Positions 52,401 through 63,418 of a stretch of DNA of 64,000 nt are shown one piece after another. Made by a program: the position numbers and the translations under genes. The DNA is from Antedon mediterranea (Eukaryota > Animalia > Echinodermata), in the NCBI RefSeq assembly GCF_964355755.1, contig NC_092678.1, positions 24,073,365-24,137,364 on the forward strand, in the 5' to 3' direction. A model generated the notes under the pieces. The model worked only from the letters and a program-made list of their open reading frames with translations. It searched no databases and was not told the origin of the DNA. The number at the start of each line of letters is the position of its first letter. The stretch's first letter is position 1.

Positions 52401-55400
52401 TTTATTTAAACATTCTCTTTTCATTCATTCTTTTTTATTATTTTCAGGTCTTTCCGATGTAAGTACATTTTTTTTTTATTTCAACCAGTCACAGGTATGC
52501 AAATGTACATAGTAAGTTTTCCTTACTAATTAATTTTTCAGATTGCACCTATGGATATACCGATGCAAGGTTGTTTCAACCAATCACAGGTAAGAAACAT
52601 CATTTTCTACGTAATGGTATAATTAATTGTCTATTTAGCTACTATTTTCAGATCGCACTATGTATGTACAGGTTCAAGGCATTTGGAACCAATCAAAGGT
52701 AAGAGACATCATATCCTATGTTATATTATTAATAGTATAATTCATTTTCTTGATACTTTTTCTTTTCAGATGGCACCTATGGACATACCAATGCAAGGCT
52801 GTTGAAGAAAATGAAAGGTAAGAAACATCTTAGTCTATCTAATAGTATAATTCATTTTCTTTTTAACTTCTCTTTTCAGGTAGGACCATGGGGAGACCGA
52901 TGCAAGGATGTTGGAACTAATCACAAATAGGGAACATCAGATGTACTCAGATGCAAGACTGTTGGAATCATTCAGGTAAATAAAAGAAATAAACATCTTA
53001 GCCTATCTAATGGTATAATTAGTTTATTTAACATTCTCCTTTCATTCAGTCTTTTTTATTACATTTCAGGTCTTTCTGATAAAAGTGCATTTGTTATTTT
53101 TAATTTCAACCCGTCACCGGTATGCAAATGAACAAAGTAAGTTTTCCTTACTATTTAATTTTTCAGATTGCACCTATGGATATACCGATGCAAGGTTGCT
53201 GCAACCAATCACAGGTAAGAAACATCATATTCTATGTAATGGTATAATTACTTGTCTATTTAGTTACTCTTTTCAGATCACACTATATATGTACATGTTC
53301 AAGGCATTTGGAACCAATCACAGGTAAGAAACATTACATCAAACATTGTATAAAATAATTTTCCTTTTAATTTCAACTTTCTCCTTTCAGAGCATTGGAG
53401 GTACAGATGCAATAAACTTGGTATTATTATACCAGATCTCACCTATAGACATGTCAATTGAGGGCTGTTGGAAACAAGTGAATCACAGGTAAGAATACAA
53501 AATATCACATGCACATAACCATTTTCTTTTTTATTAATAATAGTATAATTCATTTTCTTTATACTTTATCTTTTCAGATGGCACCTATGGACATATCAAT
53601 GCAAGGCTGTTGAAGAAAATGAAAGGTAAGAATTATCTCAGTCTATCTAATAGTATAATTCATTTTCTTTTTTACCTTCATTTTCAGGTAGGACCATGGG
53701 GAGATTGATGCAAGGATGTTGGAACTAATCACATATAGGGAACATCAGATGTACTCAGATGCAAGACTGTTGGAATCATTCAGGTAAATAAAAAAATAAA
53801 CATCTTAGCCTATCTAATTGTATAGTTAGTTTTTTTAACATTCTCTTTTCATTCATTCTTTTTTTTCACTTTTCAGGTCTTTCCGATAAAAGTACATTTT
53901 TTATTTTTTATTTCAACCAGTCACAGGTATGCAAATGTGGATAGTAAGTTTTGCTTACTATTTAATTTTTCAGATTGCACCTATGGATATACCGATGCAA
54001 GGTTACTGCAACCAATCACAGGTAAGAAACATCATATGCTATGTAATGGTATAATTAATTGTCTACTTAGTTACTCTTTTCAGATCGCACTATGGGTGTA
54101 CAGGTTCAAGGCATTTGGAACCAATCACAGGTAAGAAACATTACATCAAACATTGTATAAAATAATTTTCCTTTTGATTTCAACTTTATCCTTTCAGATA
54201 GCATTGGAGGTACAGATGCAAGAAACTTGGTATTATTATACCAGATCTCACCTATAGACATGTCAATTGAGGGCTGTTGGAAACAAGTGAATCACAGGTA
54301 AGAATACAACATATCACATGCACATAACCATTTTCTTTTTTATTAATAATAGTATAATACATTTTCTTTATACGTTCTCTTTTCAGATAGCAAATGTACA
54401 TACCAATGCAAGCCATTTGGAACCAATCACAGGTAAGAAATATCTTAGTCTATCTAATGGAATAATTCATTTTGTTTTCACTTTCTATTTGCAGATATCA
54501 GCTATAGACATACCATTGCAAGGCTGTTGAAACCAGTCACAGGTAAGGATGCCACATCCACAGGTATGTGTAGCTAAGATATATTAAGTGTAGCTAAGGG
54601 TCTACAGGTTTAAGTTTCAATGCATTTTAAATTTTGGTATTTTTTTGTAAATTTATTTGATATAATGTTTAAGGTGGCATTATTGGTATAGTACATTTTG
54701 CCTGCAGGTATGTGTGTAGCTAAGATATATTAAGTGTAGCTAAGGGTCTAGAGCTTTAAGTTTCAATGCATTTTAAATTTTGGTATTTTTTTGTAAATTT
54801 ATTTGATATAATGTGTAAGGTGGCATTATTGGTATTGTAAAGTTTGCCTGCATGTGTGTGTAGCTAAGATATATTAAGTGTAGCTAAGGGTCTAGAGGTT
54901 TAAGTTTCAATGCATTTTAAATCATGGTATTTTTTGGGTAAATTTATTTGATATAAATAATGTGTAAGGTGGTATTATTGGTATTAGTACATTTTGCCTG
55001 CAGGTATGTGTGTAGCTAAGATATATTAAATGTAGCTAAGGATCTAGAGCTTTAAGTTTCAATGCATTTTAAATTATGGTATTTTTTGTAAATGTATTTG
55101 ATATAATGTGTAAGGTGGCATTATATTTTGGTTTAGTAAATTTTGCCTGCATGTGTGTGTAGCTAAGATATATTAAATGTAGCTAAGGGTCTAGAGGTTT
55201 AAGTTTCAATGCATTTTAAATCATGATATTTTTTCGTAAACTTATTTGATATAATGTGTAAGGTGGCATTATTGGTATTTAAAACTTTGCCTGCAGGTGT
55301 GGGTAGCTAAGATATATTAATGGTAGCTAAGGGTCTAGAGGTTTAAGTTTCAATGCATTTTTAATCATGGTATTTTTTGTATATGTAATTGATATAATGT

Positions 55401-58400
55401 GTAAGGTGACATTTTATTTTGGTATTGTACATTTTACCTGCAGGTATGTTTGTAGCTAAGATATATTAAGTGTAGCTAAGGGTCTAGAAGTTTAAGTTTC
55501 AATGCATTTTTAAATCATAGTATCTTTTTTATAAATTTATTTGATATAATGTGTAAGGTGGCATTATTGGTATTGTAAACTTTGTCTGCAGGCAGCTAAG
55601 ATTTATTAAATGTAGCTAAGGGTCTACAGGTTTAAGTTTCAATGCATTTTAAATAATGGTATTTTTTGGTAAACTTATTTGATATAATGTGTAATGTGGT
55701 AGGTAATGGTAAAATATAGTTTTTATTTAGGTACTCCTTTCAGGTCATACTATATGGATGGATAGATGCAAGGCTGTTTTTGGAACCAATTACAGGTAAG
55801 AAACATCATATTCTATGTAATGGTATAATTAGTTGTCTATTTAGTTACTCTTTTCAGATCACACTATGTATGTACAGGTTCAAGGCATTTGGAACAAATA
55901 ACAGGTAAGAAACATCATATCCTATGTTATATTATTAAGAGTATAATTCATTTTCTTTATATTTTTTCTTTTCAGATGGCACCTATGGACATACCAATGC
56001 AAGGCTGTTGGACAAAATGAAAGGTAAGAAACATCTTAGTCTATCTAATAGTATAATTCATTTTCTTTTTAACTTCTCTTTTCATGTATTACCATGGGAG
56101 ACCGATGCAAGGATGTTGGAACTAATCACATATAGAGAACATCAGATGTACTCAGATGCAAGACTGTTGGAATCATTCAGGTAAATAAAAAAAATAAACA
56201 TCTTAGCCTATCTAATGGTATAGTTAGTTTATTTAAACCTTCTCCTTTCATTCATTAATTTTTATTACTTTTCAGGTATTTCTAATAAAAGTACATTTGT
56301 TATTTTTAATTTCAACCCGTCACCGGTATGCAAATGTACATAGTAAGTTTTCCTTACTATTTAATTTTTCAGATTGCACCTATGGATATACCGATGCAAG
56401 GTTGTTTCAACCAATCACAGGTAAGAAACATCATTTTCTACGTAATGGTATAATTAATTGTCTATTTAGCTACTATTTTCAGATCGCACTATGTATGTAC
56501 AGGTTCAGGGCATTTGGAACCAATCAAAGGTAAGAGACATCATATCCTATGTTATATTATTAATAGTATAATTCATTTTCTTGATACTTTTTCTTTTCAG
56601 ATGGCACCTATGGACATACCAATGCAAGGCTGTTGAAGAAAATGAAAGGTAAGAAACATCTTAGTCTATCTAATAGTATAATTCATTTTCTTTTTAACTT
56701 CTCTTTTCAGGTAGGACCATGGGGAGACCGATGCAAGGATGTTGGAACTAATCACATATAGGGAACATCAGATGTAGTCAGATGCAAGACTGTTGGAATC
56801 ATTCAGGTAAATAAAAGAAATAAACATCTTAGCCTATCTAATGGTATGATTAGTTTATTTAACATTCTCCTTTCATTCATTCTTTTTTATTACATTTCAG
56901 GTCTTTCTGATAAAAGTGCATTTGTTATTTTTAATTTCAACCCGTCACCGGTATGCAAATGAACAAAGTAAGTTTTCCTTACTATTTAATTTTTCAGATT
57001 GCACCTATGGATATACCGATGCAAGGTTGCTGCAACCAATCACAGGTAAGAAACATCCTATTCTATGTAATGGTATAATTACTTGTCCATTTAGTTACTC
57101 TTTTCAGATCACACTATATATGTACATGTTCAAGGCATTTGGAACCAATCACAGGTAAGAAACATTACATCAAACATTGTATAAAATAATTTTCCTTTTA
57201 ATTTCAACTTTCTCCTTTCAGAGCATTGGAGGTACAGATGCAACAAACTTGGTATTATTATACCAGATCTCACCTATAGACATGTCAATTGAGGGCTGTT
57301 GGAAACAAGTGAATCACAGGTAAGAATACAACATATCACATGCAAATAACCATTTTCTTTTTTTATTAATAATAGTATAATTCATTTTCTTTATACTTTA
57401 TCTTTTCAGATGGCACCTATGGACATACCAATGCAAGGCTGTTGAAGAAAATGAAAGGTAAGAATTATCTTAGTCTATCTTATAGTATAATTCATTTTCT
57501 TTTTTACCTTCATTTTCAGGTAGGACCATGGGGAGATTGATGCAAGGATGTTGGAACTAATCACATATAGGGAACATCAGATGTACTCAGATGCAAGACT
57601 GTTGGAATCATTCAGGTAAATAAAAAAATAAACATCTTAGCCTATCTAATTGTATAGTTAGTTTTTTTAACATTCTCTTTTCATTCATTCTTTTTTTTTA
57701 CTTTTCAGGTCTTTCCGATAAAAGTACATTTTTTATTTTTTATTTCAACCAGTCACAGGTATGCAAATGTGGATAGTAAGTTTTGCTTACTATTTAATTT
57801 TTCAGATTGCACCTATGGATATACCGATGCAAGGTTACTGCAACCAATCACAGGTAAGAAACATCATATGCTATGTAATGGTATAATTAATTGTCTACTT
57901 AGTTACTCTTTTCAGATCGCACTATGGGTGTACAGGTTCAAGGCATTTGGAACCAATCACAGGTAAGAAACATTACATCAAACATTGTATAAAATAATTT
58001 TCCTTTTGATTTCAACTTTATCCTTTCAGATAGCATTGGAGGTACAGATGCAAGAAACTTGGTATTATTATACCAGATCTCACCTATAGACATGTCAATT
58101 GAGGGCTGTTGGAAACAAGTGAATCACAGGTAAGAATACAAAATATCACATGCACATAACCATTTTCTTTTTTATTAATAATAGTATAATACATTTTCTT
58201 TATACGTTCTCTTTTCAGATAGCAAATGTACATACCAATGCAAGGCATTTGGAACCAATCACAGGTAAGAAATATTTTAGTCTATCTAATAGTATAATTC
58301 ATTTTCTTTTTACTTTCTATTTGCAGATATCAGCTATGGACATACCATTGCAAGGCTGTTGAAACCAGTCACAGGTAAGGATGCCACATCCACAGGTATG

Positions 58401-59285
58401 TGTAGCTAAGATATATTAAGTGTAGCTAAGGGTCTAGAGCTTTAAGTTTCAATGCATTTTAAATTTTGGTATTTTTTTGTAAATTTATTTGATATAATGT
58501 GTAAGGTGGCATTATTGGTATAGTACATTTTGCCTGCAGGTATGTGTGTAGCTAAGATATATTAAGTGTAGCTAAGGGTCTAGAGCTTTAAGTTTCAATG
58601 CATTTTAAATTTTGGTATTTTTTTGTAAATTTATTTGATATAATGTGTAAGGTGGCATTATTGGTATTGTAAACTTTGCCTGCATGTGTGTGTAGCTAAG
58701 ATATATTAAGTGTAGCTAAGGGTCTAGAGGTTTAAGTTTCAGTGCATTTTAAATTATGGTATTTTTTTTAATGTATTTTATATAATGTGTAAGGTGGCAT
58801 TATATCTTGGTATTGTACATTTTTCTTAAGGGTATGTGTGTAGCTAAGATATATTAAGTGTAGCTAAGGGTCTAGATGTTTAAGTTTCAATGCATTATTT
58901 CAAAACAGGTTTTTTGTAAATGTATTTGATATAATGTGTAAAGTGGCATTATATCTGGTTTAGTACATTTTGCCTGCAGGTGTGCGTAGCTAAGATATAT
59001 TAAGTGTAGCTAAGGGTCTAGAGGTTTAAGTTTCAATGCATTTATATTTATGGTATTTTTTTGTAAATTTTTTTGATATAAATAATGTGTAAGGTGGCAT
59101 TATTGGTATTGTAAACTTTGCCTGCAGGTGTGTGTAGCTAAGATATATTAAGTGTAGCTAAGGGTCTAGAGGTTTAAGTTTCAGTGCATTTTAAATCATG
59201 GTAGTTTTTGTAAATGTATTTGATATAATGTGTAAGGTGGCATTATATCTTGGTATTGTACATTTATGGTATGTGTGTAGTTAAG
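40460..59285 (+). repeat. Higher-order repeat array: five 3.2-4.3 kb superunits, each a block of ~110 bp-derived exon/intron units plus a block of ~147 bp repeats
   Basis: The landmark gtaaggatgccacatccacaggtatg recurs at ~43112, 47376, 50579, 54543 and 58375. The 147 bp blocks lie at ~40460-41105, 43132-44275, 47397-48540, 50600-51885, 54564-55708 and 58396-59285. A ~620 bp sub-repeat occurs inside the exon blocks. Confidence 0.95.
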
Positions 59286-59369
59286 TATTGTTTCTCTTAA
59301 GCACTATTTTTTTAGTTTGTGCGTGTACAGGTTTTGTCACTCAAGGTACTTGTAGGGTGAAATATCCAG

Positions 59370-60145
59370 ACCAGATACATGTGCGGTACTTTGATGCTAT
59401 GGTGGAATAGCAAGGAAAACAGAACCAACACATTAGAAGATAGAGGACAATCAAAAGTAAGTTTACTACTAACCTCAATTACACAATTTCAGAGTTGATA
59501 AATTATATTCGGAGCAGCTCGTCTATCAGAGATACATGTGCGGCACTTGGATACTATGGACATACAGGATGGAATAGCAAGAAAAACCGGACCAACACAC
59601 TGGAAGATGGAAAGACAATCAAAAGTAAGTTTACTACTAACCTCAATTCCACAATTTCAGAGTTGATAGGTTATATCCGGAGCAGCTTGTCTATCAGAGA
59701 TAAATGTGCGGATACTATGGACATACAGGATGGAATAGCAAGAAAAACCGGACCAACACACTGGAAGATGGAAAGACAATCAAAAGTAAGTTTACTACTA
59801 ACCTCAATTCCACAATTTCAGAGTTGATAGGTTATATCCGGAGCAGCTTGTCTATCAGAGATAAATGTGCGGATACTATGGACATACAGGATGGAATAGC
59901 TAGAAAAACCGGACCAACACATTGGAAGATGGAAAGACAATCAAAAGTAAGTTTACTACTAACCTCAATTCCACAATTTCAAAGTTGATAGGTTATATCC
60001 GGAGCAGCTTGTCTATCAGAGATACATGTGCGGATACTATGGACATTCAGGATGGAATAGCAAGAAAAACAGGACCAACACATTGGTAGATGGAGGACAA
60101 TCAAAAGTAAGTTTACTACTAACCTCAATTGCACAATTTCAGAAT
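59370..60145 (+). repeat. ~161 bp tandem repeat x5, each containing gtaagtttacTACTAACctcaattccacaatttcag
   Basis: GTAAGT at 59457, 59625, 59786, 59947 and 60107. Confidence 0.92.
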
Positions 60146-60774
60146 TGACTGCACGAGTTGGTGATTACAAAACTTATTACACAAAGGAATATGACAGCTA
60201 AACTGTAAGTATATCTGTAAGGTAAGTAAGATAAGTATAATATTTAGATTAGTGGATATATTCTCTTCAGGCCCTGTGACACATAATGTTGCAGTGTACT
60301 CCAGATGCCTAGCTGTTTATGGCATGTTTTAGATTTATTCCTATAGTCCCAATTCCATTCTCCATGTAGGCCTACTCCAATTAGAATAGGATATATTATT
60401 GTTTTTCATATGTATATTTCTTGATAAAATGTATTGTATATTTTGCTATGTTTTTTGCACCGTTGAGGAGCATCATTACACGTGCTACCTGCCCTAGGTG
60501 TCCTCGCTGTGATCATCAACCTTGACGTGGTAGCGAGGCTTGTGTGTTTCCAACTTGGAAGCCGGACTAATGATGATCTTAACAAATGTTTAATGTAATA
60601 CATTTATGTGATAAAAAATAATATTATTAATTTTGTTTTATGAACATTCAAACTAAAATGTTGTGTTCAATTGATGCCAATTTGCAATCAGAGAACACAA
60701 AGTTATAAAAATAATAAACTTTCTTCATGCACACTCACACCTATAAATGATATGTGCAAATTATTATAAACATT

Positions 60775-60895
60775 TAACCAATCACAAACCAGAACTTTAA
60801 AACGCTAGTCTGATTGGTCATAATATTTGACTCCCTAGATTGATAAAAATTTCCAGATTCTTTTTTGGCCCCGAGACGTAGCTGAAACATGGCGA
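60775..60895 (+). promoter_or_regulatory. TOMM6 promoter region
   Basis: Opposed CCAAT boxes (aaccaatcac ~60776, ctgattggtc ~60810) and a YY1-like AAACATGGCG overlapping the start codon. Confidence 0.55.
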
Positions 60896-63418
60896 ACGAT
60901 AAAGTCTGTAAAACGTGGGTGGTTTTTGTTCAAAGTTTATACAAAGATCCATTTAAAAGGTAATGTCGATTTTTATCAGTATTATTATTCTGAATGTTAT
61001 ATTTAATAATAGTTTTTTAAAAAGAAGGAAGTAGATCATATTTGTGATTATGATAAAGCTAGGCCTAGCCTCTACTAGAAATAGAGAGGCTACCTAGCTG
61101 GGACCGCCTCTACTACTACTAGACTAGGACTAGGCCTATAGAGGTAGGGCCTAGGATTATTAAATTCGCCGTGGTTAGGATTCCGGCACCGGAACTCAAC
61201 TGCCCAGCGTTAGGGATTCCGACACGCTATTGCGCATGCCCAGAGCGAGGTAATCGGCGACTCTATACTTATCAACAGCGATGGATTATTTCATAGCTGC
61301 GCCACACGGCGAACTAGCCTAGAGGCCTTCTAATATGGGATCCACTAATCTAGGCTAGGGCTACCAGTTAGACTACGTGACCAGTGGGCCTATAGTATTT
61401 ATTTTGTAATCAAAAAGTGGTTGCTTAATTCATATATAAAATTCATATCATTATGAATTATATAATTACATGACTAGTTTTTTGATTTTTCATAACGCAT
61501 TATACTGTACATATATACAACATGCAATCACAAGTTGATTTGTTGACGGCAGCCACCGCGTGGATGTGAAAAAAACTGTTCGGGAAGTCAGGGTCACAAC
61601 GCTAAAAACGGCATTACGATTCTTAGATAGATACTGATACGTGTTAATATCATTATCAGGGATGTCACCACGCTGGTCGGCGCTGGTCGGCCCCGACCAG
61701 CACTCAACATTTCCGACCAGGATTCACAGGCTGCCGACCACCACTATTATTTATTAATAATTACGATATTTATATTAGGCCTAGGCCTAACTAAAATTCG
61801 TACTAAAACATTTTACCTAGCACATCGTTAATAACAGACAAGCTAGCCTCATATAGATAAGACAAAAGACTACAGCAAATGTTTCCGTGGTTACGTACGT
61901 TACTTTATTTGTAACACAATACCAGGCCTACTCTGCCCTGGTATTCATTGTTACAGCTTGTGAGTCATGGCGAACAACGTGCTACGCAGCACAGTGTACA
62001 AGTTTAAAGTTCACATAGCGACCATTCAAGCGTTTTATTTTGCACAGATTAAAAATACAAACAAGTACGCAGTAATTAAAAATGTACAACTACATAGACC
62101 TAAACAAAATCATTTTTAATTGCTGAATGTTTTTTCACCCTGCTTTAATTATATTATGTTACTAGTTTTACATTTTTGTACTCTACGAACTATTAAAAAA
62201 AAATAAAAAAACATGCGCATGGTTCAGTGGGACCGGGCAAGTTCGTTCGTTTATGATCGCCGAGCATGGTACAATAATTACACGTCCCTGGGATAACTTC
62301 AGGTTGCTGAACTTCAGTTAACCCATAAACACGTGTCTGTTCTTGCCGGCCATGCACTACATGCTTGCCGCACAGTTGTGAAACAAAAAATCCGGAATTC
62401 GCGAATACGCTAAAAAACTCTCGCGCAAAAGAACACGAACATTATATCGAGCAACAAGTAGTAAGGTCTAGGCTAATAATTTATCTACAGTATTTGATTG
62501 GGGATTAGGCCTAAATAAGGAAGCGCCAGTTTTTGTGGAATTCAGATTTTGGGGCATCTATCTAAGCCTTGGTTAGGCCTAGTGGTCGTAGTGTCTACAA
62601 GGCTAGGCCTAAGCCTGACGCGATCTATTGCTATTCATTTCGTAAGCGTTTTTTTGTTTTCGCAAATAATAACGGCGACTCCCCGGTCGTACAAGGTTAG
62701 GCCTAGACCTGACGCAATTTGTTGTTATTTATTTTCATAATTCTTTATGTTTCGCTAAAATAACGACAACCCCCCCCCCCCCCCCCCCGGGGGGGGGGGG
62801 GGGGTGAACACCGGGGTACCCCCCCCCCCCCCCCCTGGGGGGTGTATTTTTGCGACCGGCACTCCAAAAAGCTGGTGACATCCCTGATTATAATTATTTT
62901 AACGCGTGGCGTAGTCATATTTTAATTATTAATTCATGTATGGCATAGGCCAAGTTTCATCCATCGCTCTCTCGCTCAACGACTATCTAGGCTACAGTAA
63001 ATCCCTATAACACTCCGACTCTCCGTGGTGTGGCACTATTATTAGTGCAAGCTATAATTCACTTCCCAGAGCTCTGGACATGCGCAATAGCGTGTCGGAT
63101 TCCCTAACGGTGGGCAGTTGAGTTCCGGTGCCGGAATCCTAACCACGGCGTATTAAATTGACTGCCTGGCCCGGCCCCTCTTAACTAGAATGGTATTCAG
63201 ATAGTAGGCCTAAATAAACATCTGAGCTGACCCTAGGCATGCACCATGTACACAAGGCCATTCTAATTCAAAATTAATAATTAATACTGTAATATTAAAT
63301 AAAATTCAATTCATATTTTTTTAGGTCTTTTGTGAAGAACGCTATTTTCTTTTCTGTTGGTGTTTGGCTGGCAAGAAGTTTTGCAGACGTTGATGTGGCT
63401 GCACCACAAGCTATGTAA
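60889..63418 (+). CDS. TOMM6: Mitochondrial import receptor subunit TOM6 (54 aa; coding exons 60889-60959 and 63325-63418)
   Basis: Spliced product MANDKVCKTWVVFVQSLYKDPFKRSFVKNAIFFSVGVWLARSFADVDVAAPQAM* matches the TOM6 motif F.R....N...F..GVWLAR...D.D..APQ. Canonical phase-2 GT-AG intron; a further 3' UTR intron at 63426-~63734. Confidence 0.88.
61167..63150. mobile_element. Non-autonomous TIR transposon with 9 bp TSD (Mutator/MULE-like) in TOMM6 intron 1
   Basis: ~80 bp TIRs (cgccgtggttaggattccggcaccggaactcaactgccca... / ...gaatcctaaccacggcg), with an exact TSD tattaaatt at 61158-61166 and 63151-63159. Confidence 0.88.
61657..62886. mobile_element. Nested non-autonomous TIR element (CAGGGATGTCACCA termini; hAT-like)
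   Basis: 14 bp perfect TIR cagggatgtcacca / tggtgacatccctg, subterminal cgacc(a/g)gcact motifs, flanking 5 bp direct repeat attat. Confidence 0.75.

Larger units (their letters stand above)
38960..60720 (+). ncRNA. Candidate highly spliced repetitive lncRNA (about 100 mini-exons)
   Basis: Promoter and first exon; candidate unique early exons (~39412, ~39756, 40267-40345, ~40412-40443); then repeated tttcag|exon|gtaag units all on the + strand; a possible terminal exon from 60271 and AATAAA at ~60713. No consistent ORF. Transcription is inferred, not shown. Confidence 0.55.

Noticed and set aside
42474-58362. Recurrent 65-82 aa ORFs in the array
   Set aside because: They run through the intron-like segments and start at arbitrary or non-ATG codons; they are repeat by-products.
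41138-58374. snoRNA or miRNA host-gene interpretation of the array introns
   Set aside because: Introns are mostly 47-95 nt and AT-rich, and I see no C/D boxes, H/ACA hairpins or clear pre-miRNA stems. Not excluded without a covariance search.
44309-58374. Array as a pure assembly artefact
   Set aside because: Superunits differ in cassette number and carry distinct point variants, so they are not simple duplicated contigs; the exact copy number remains unverified.
40460-59285. CRISPR-like array
   Set aside because: Eukaryotic context, no unique spacers, no cas genes; the units are degenerate tandem repeats bounded by splice signals.
59495-59988. 110 and 94 aa ORFs in the 161 bp repeat
   Set aside because: The unit length is not a multiple of 3, so the frames rotate between copies; no recognisable domain.
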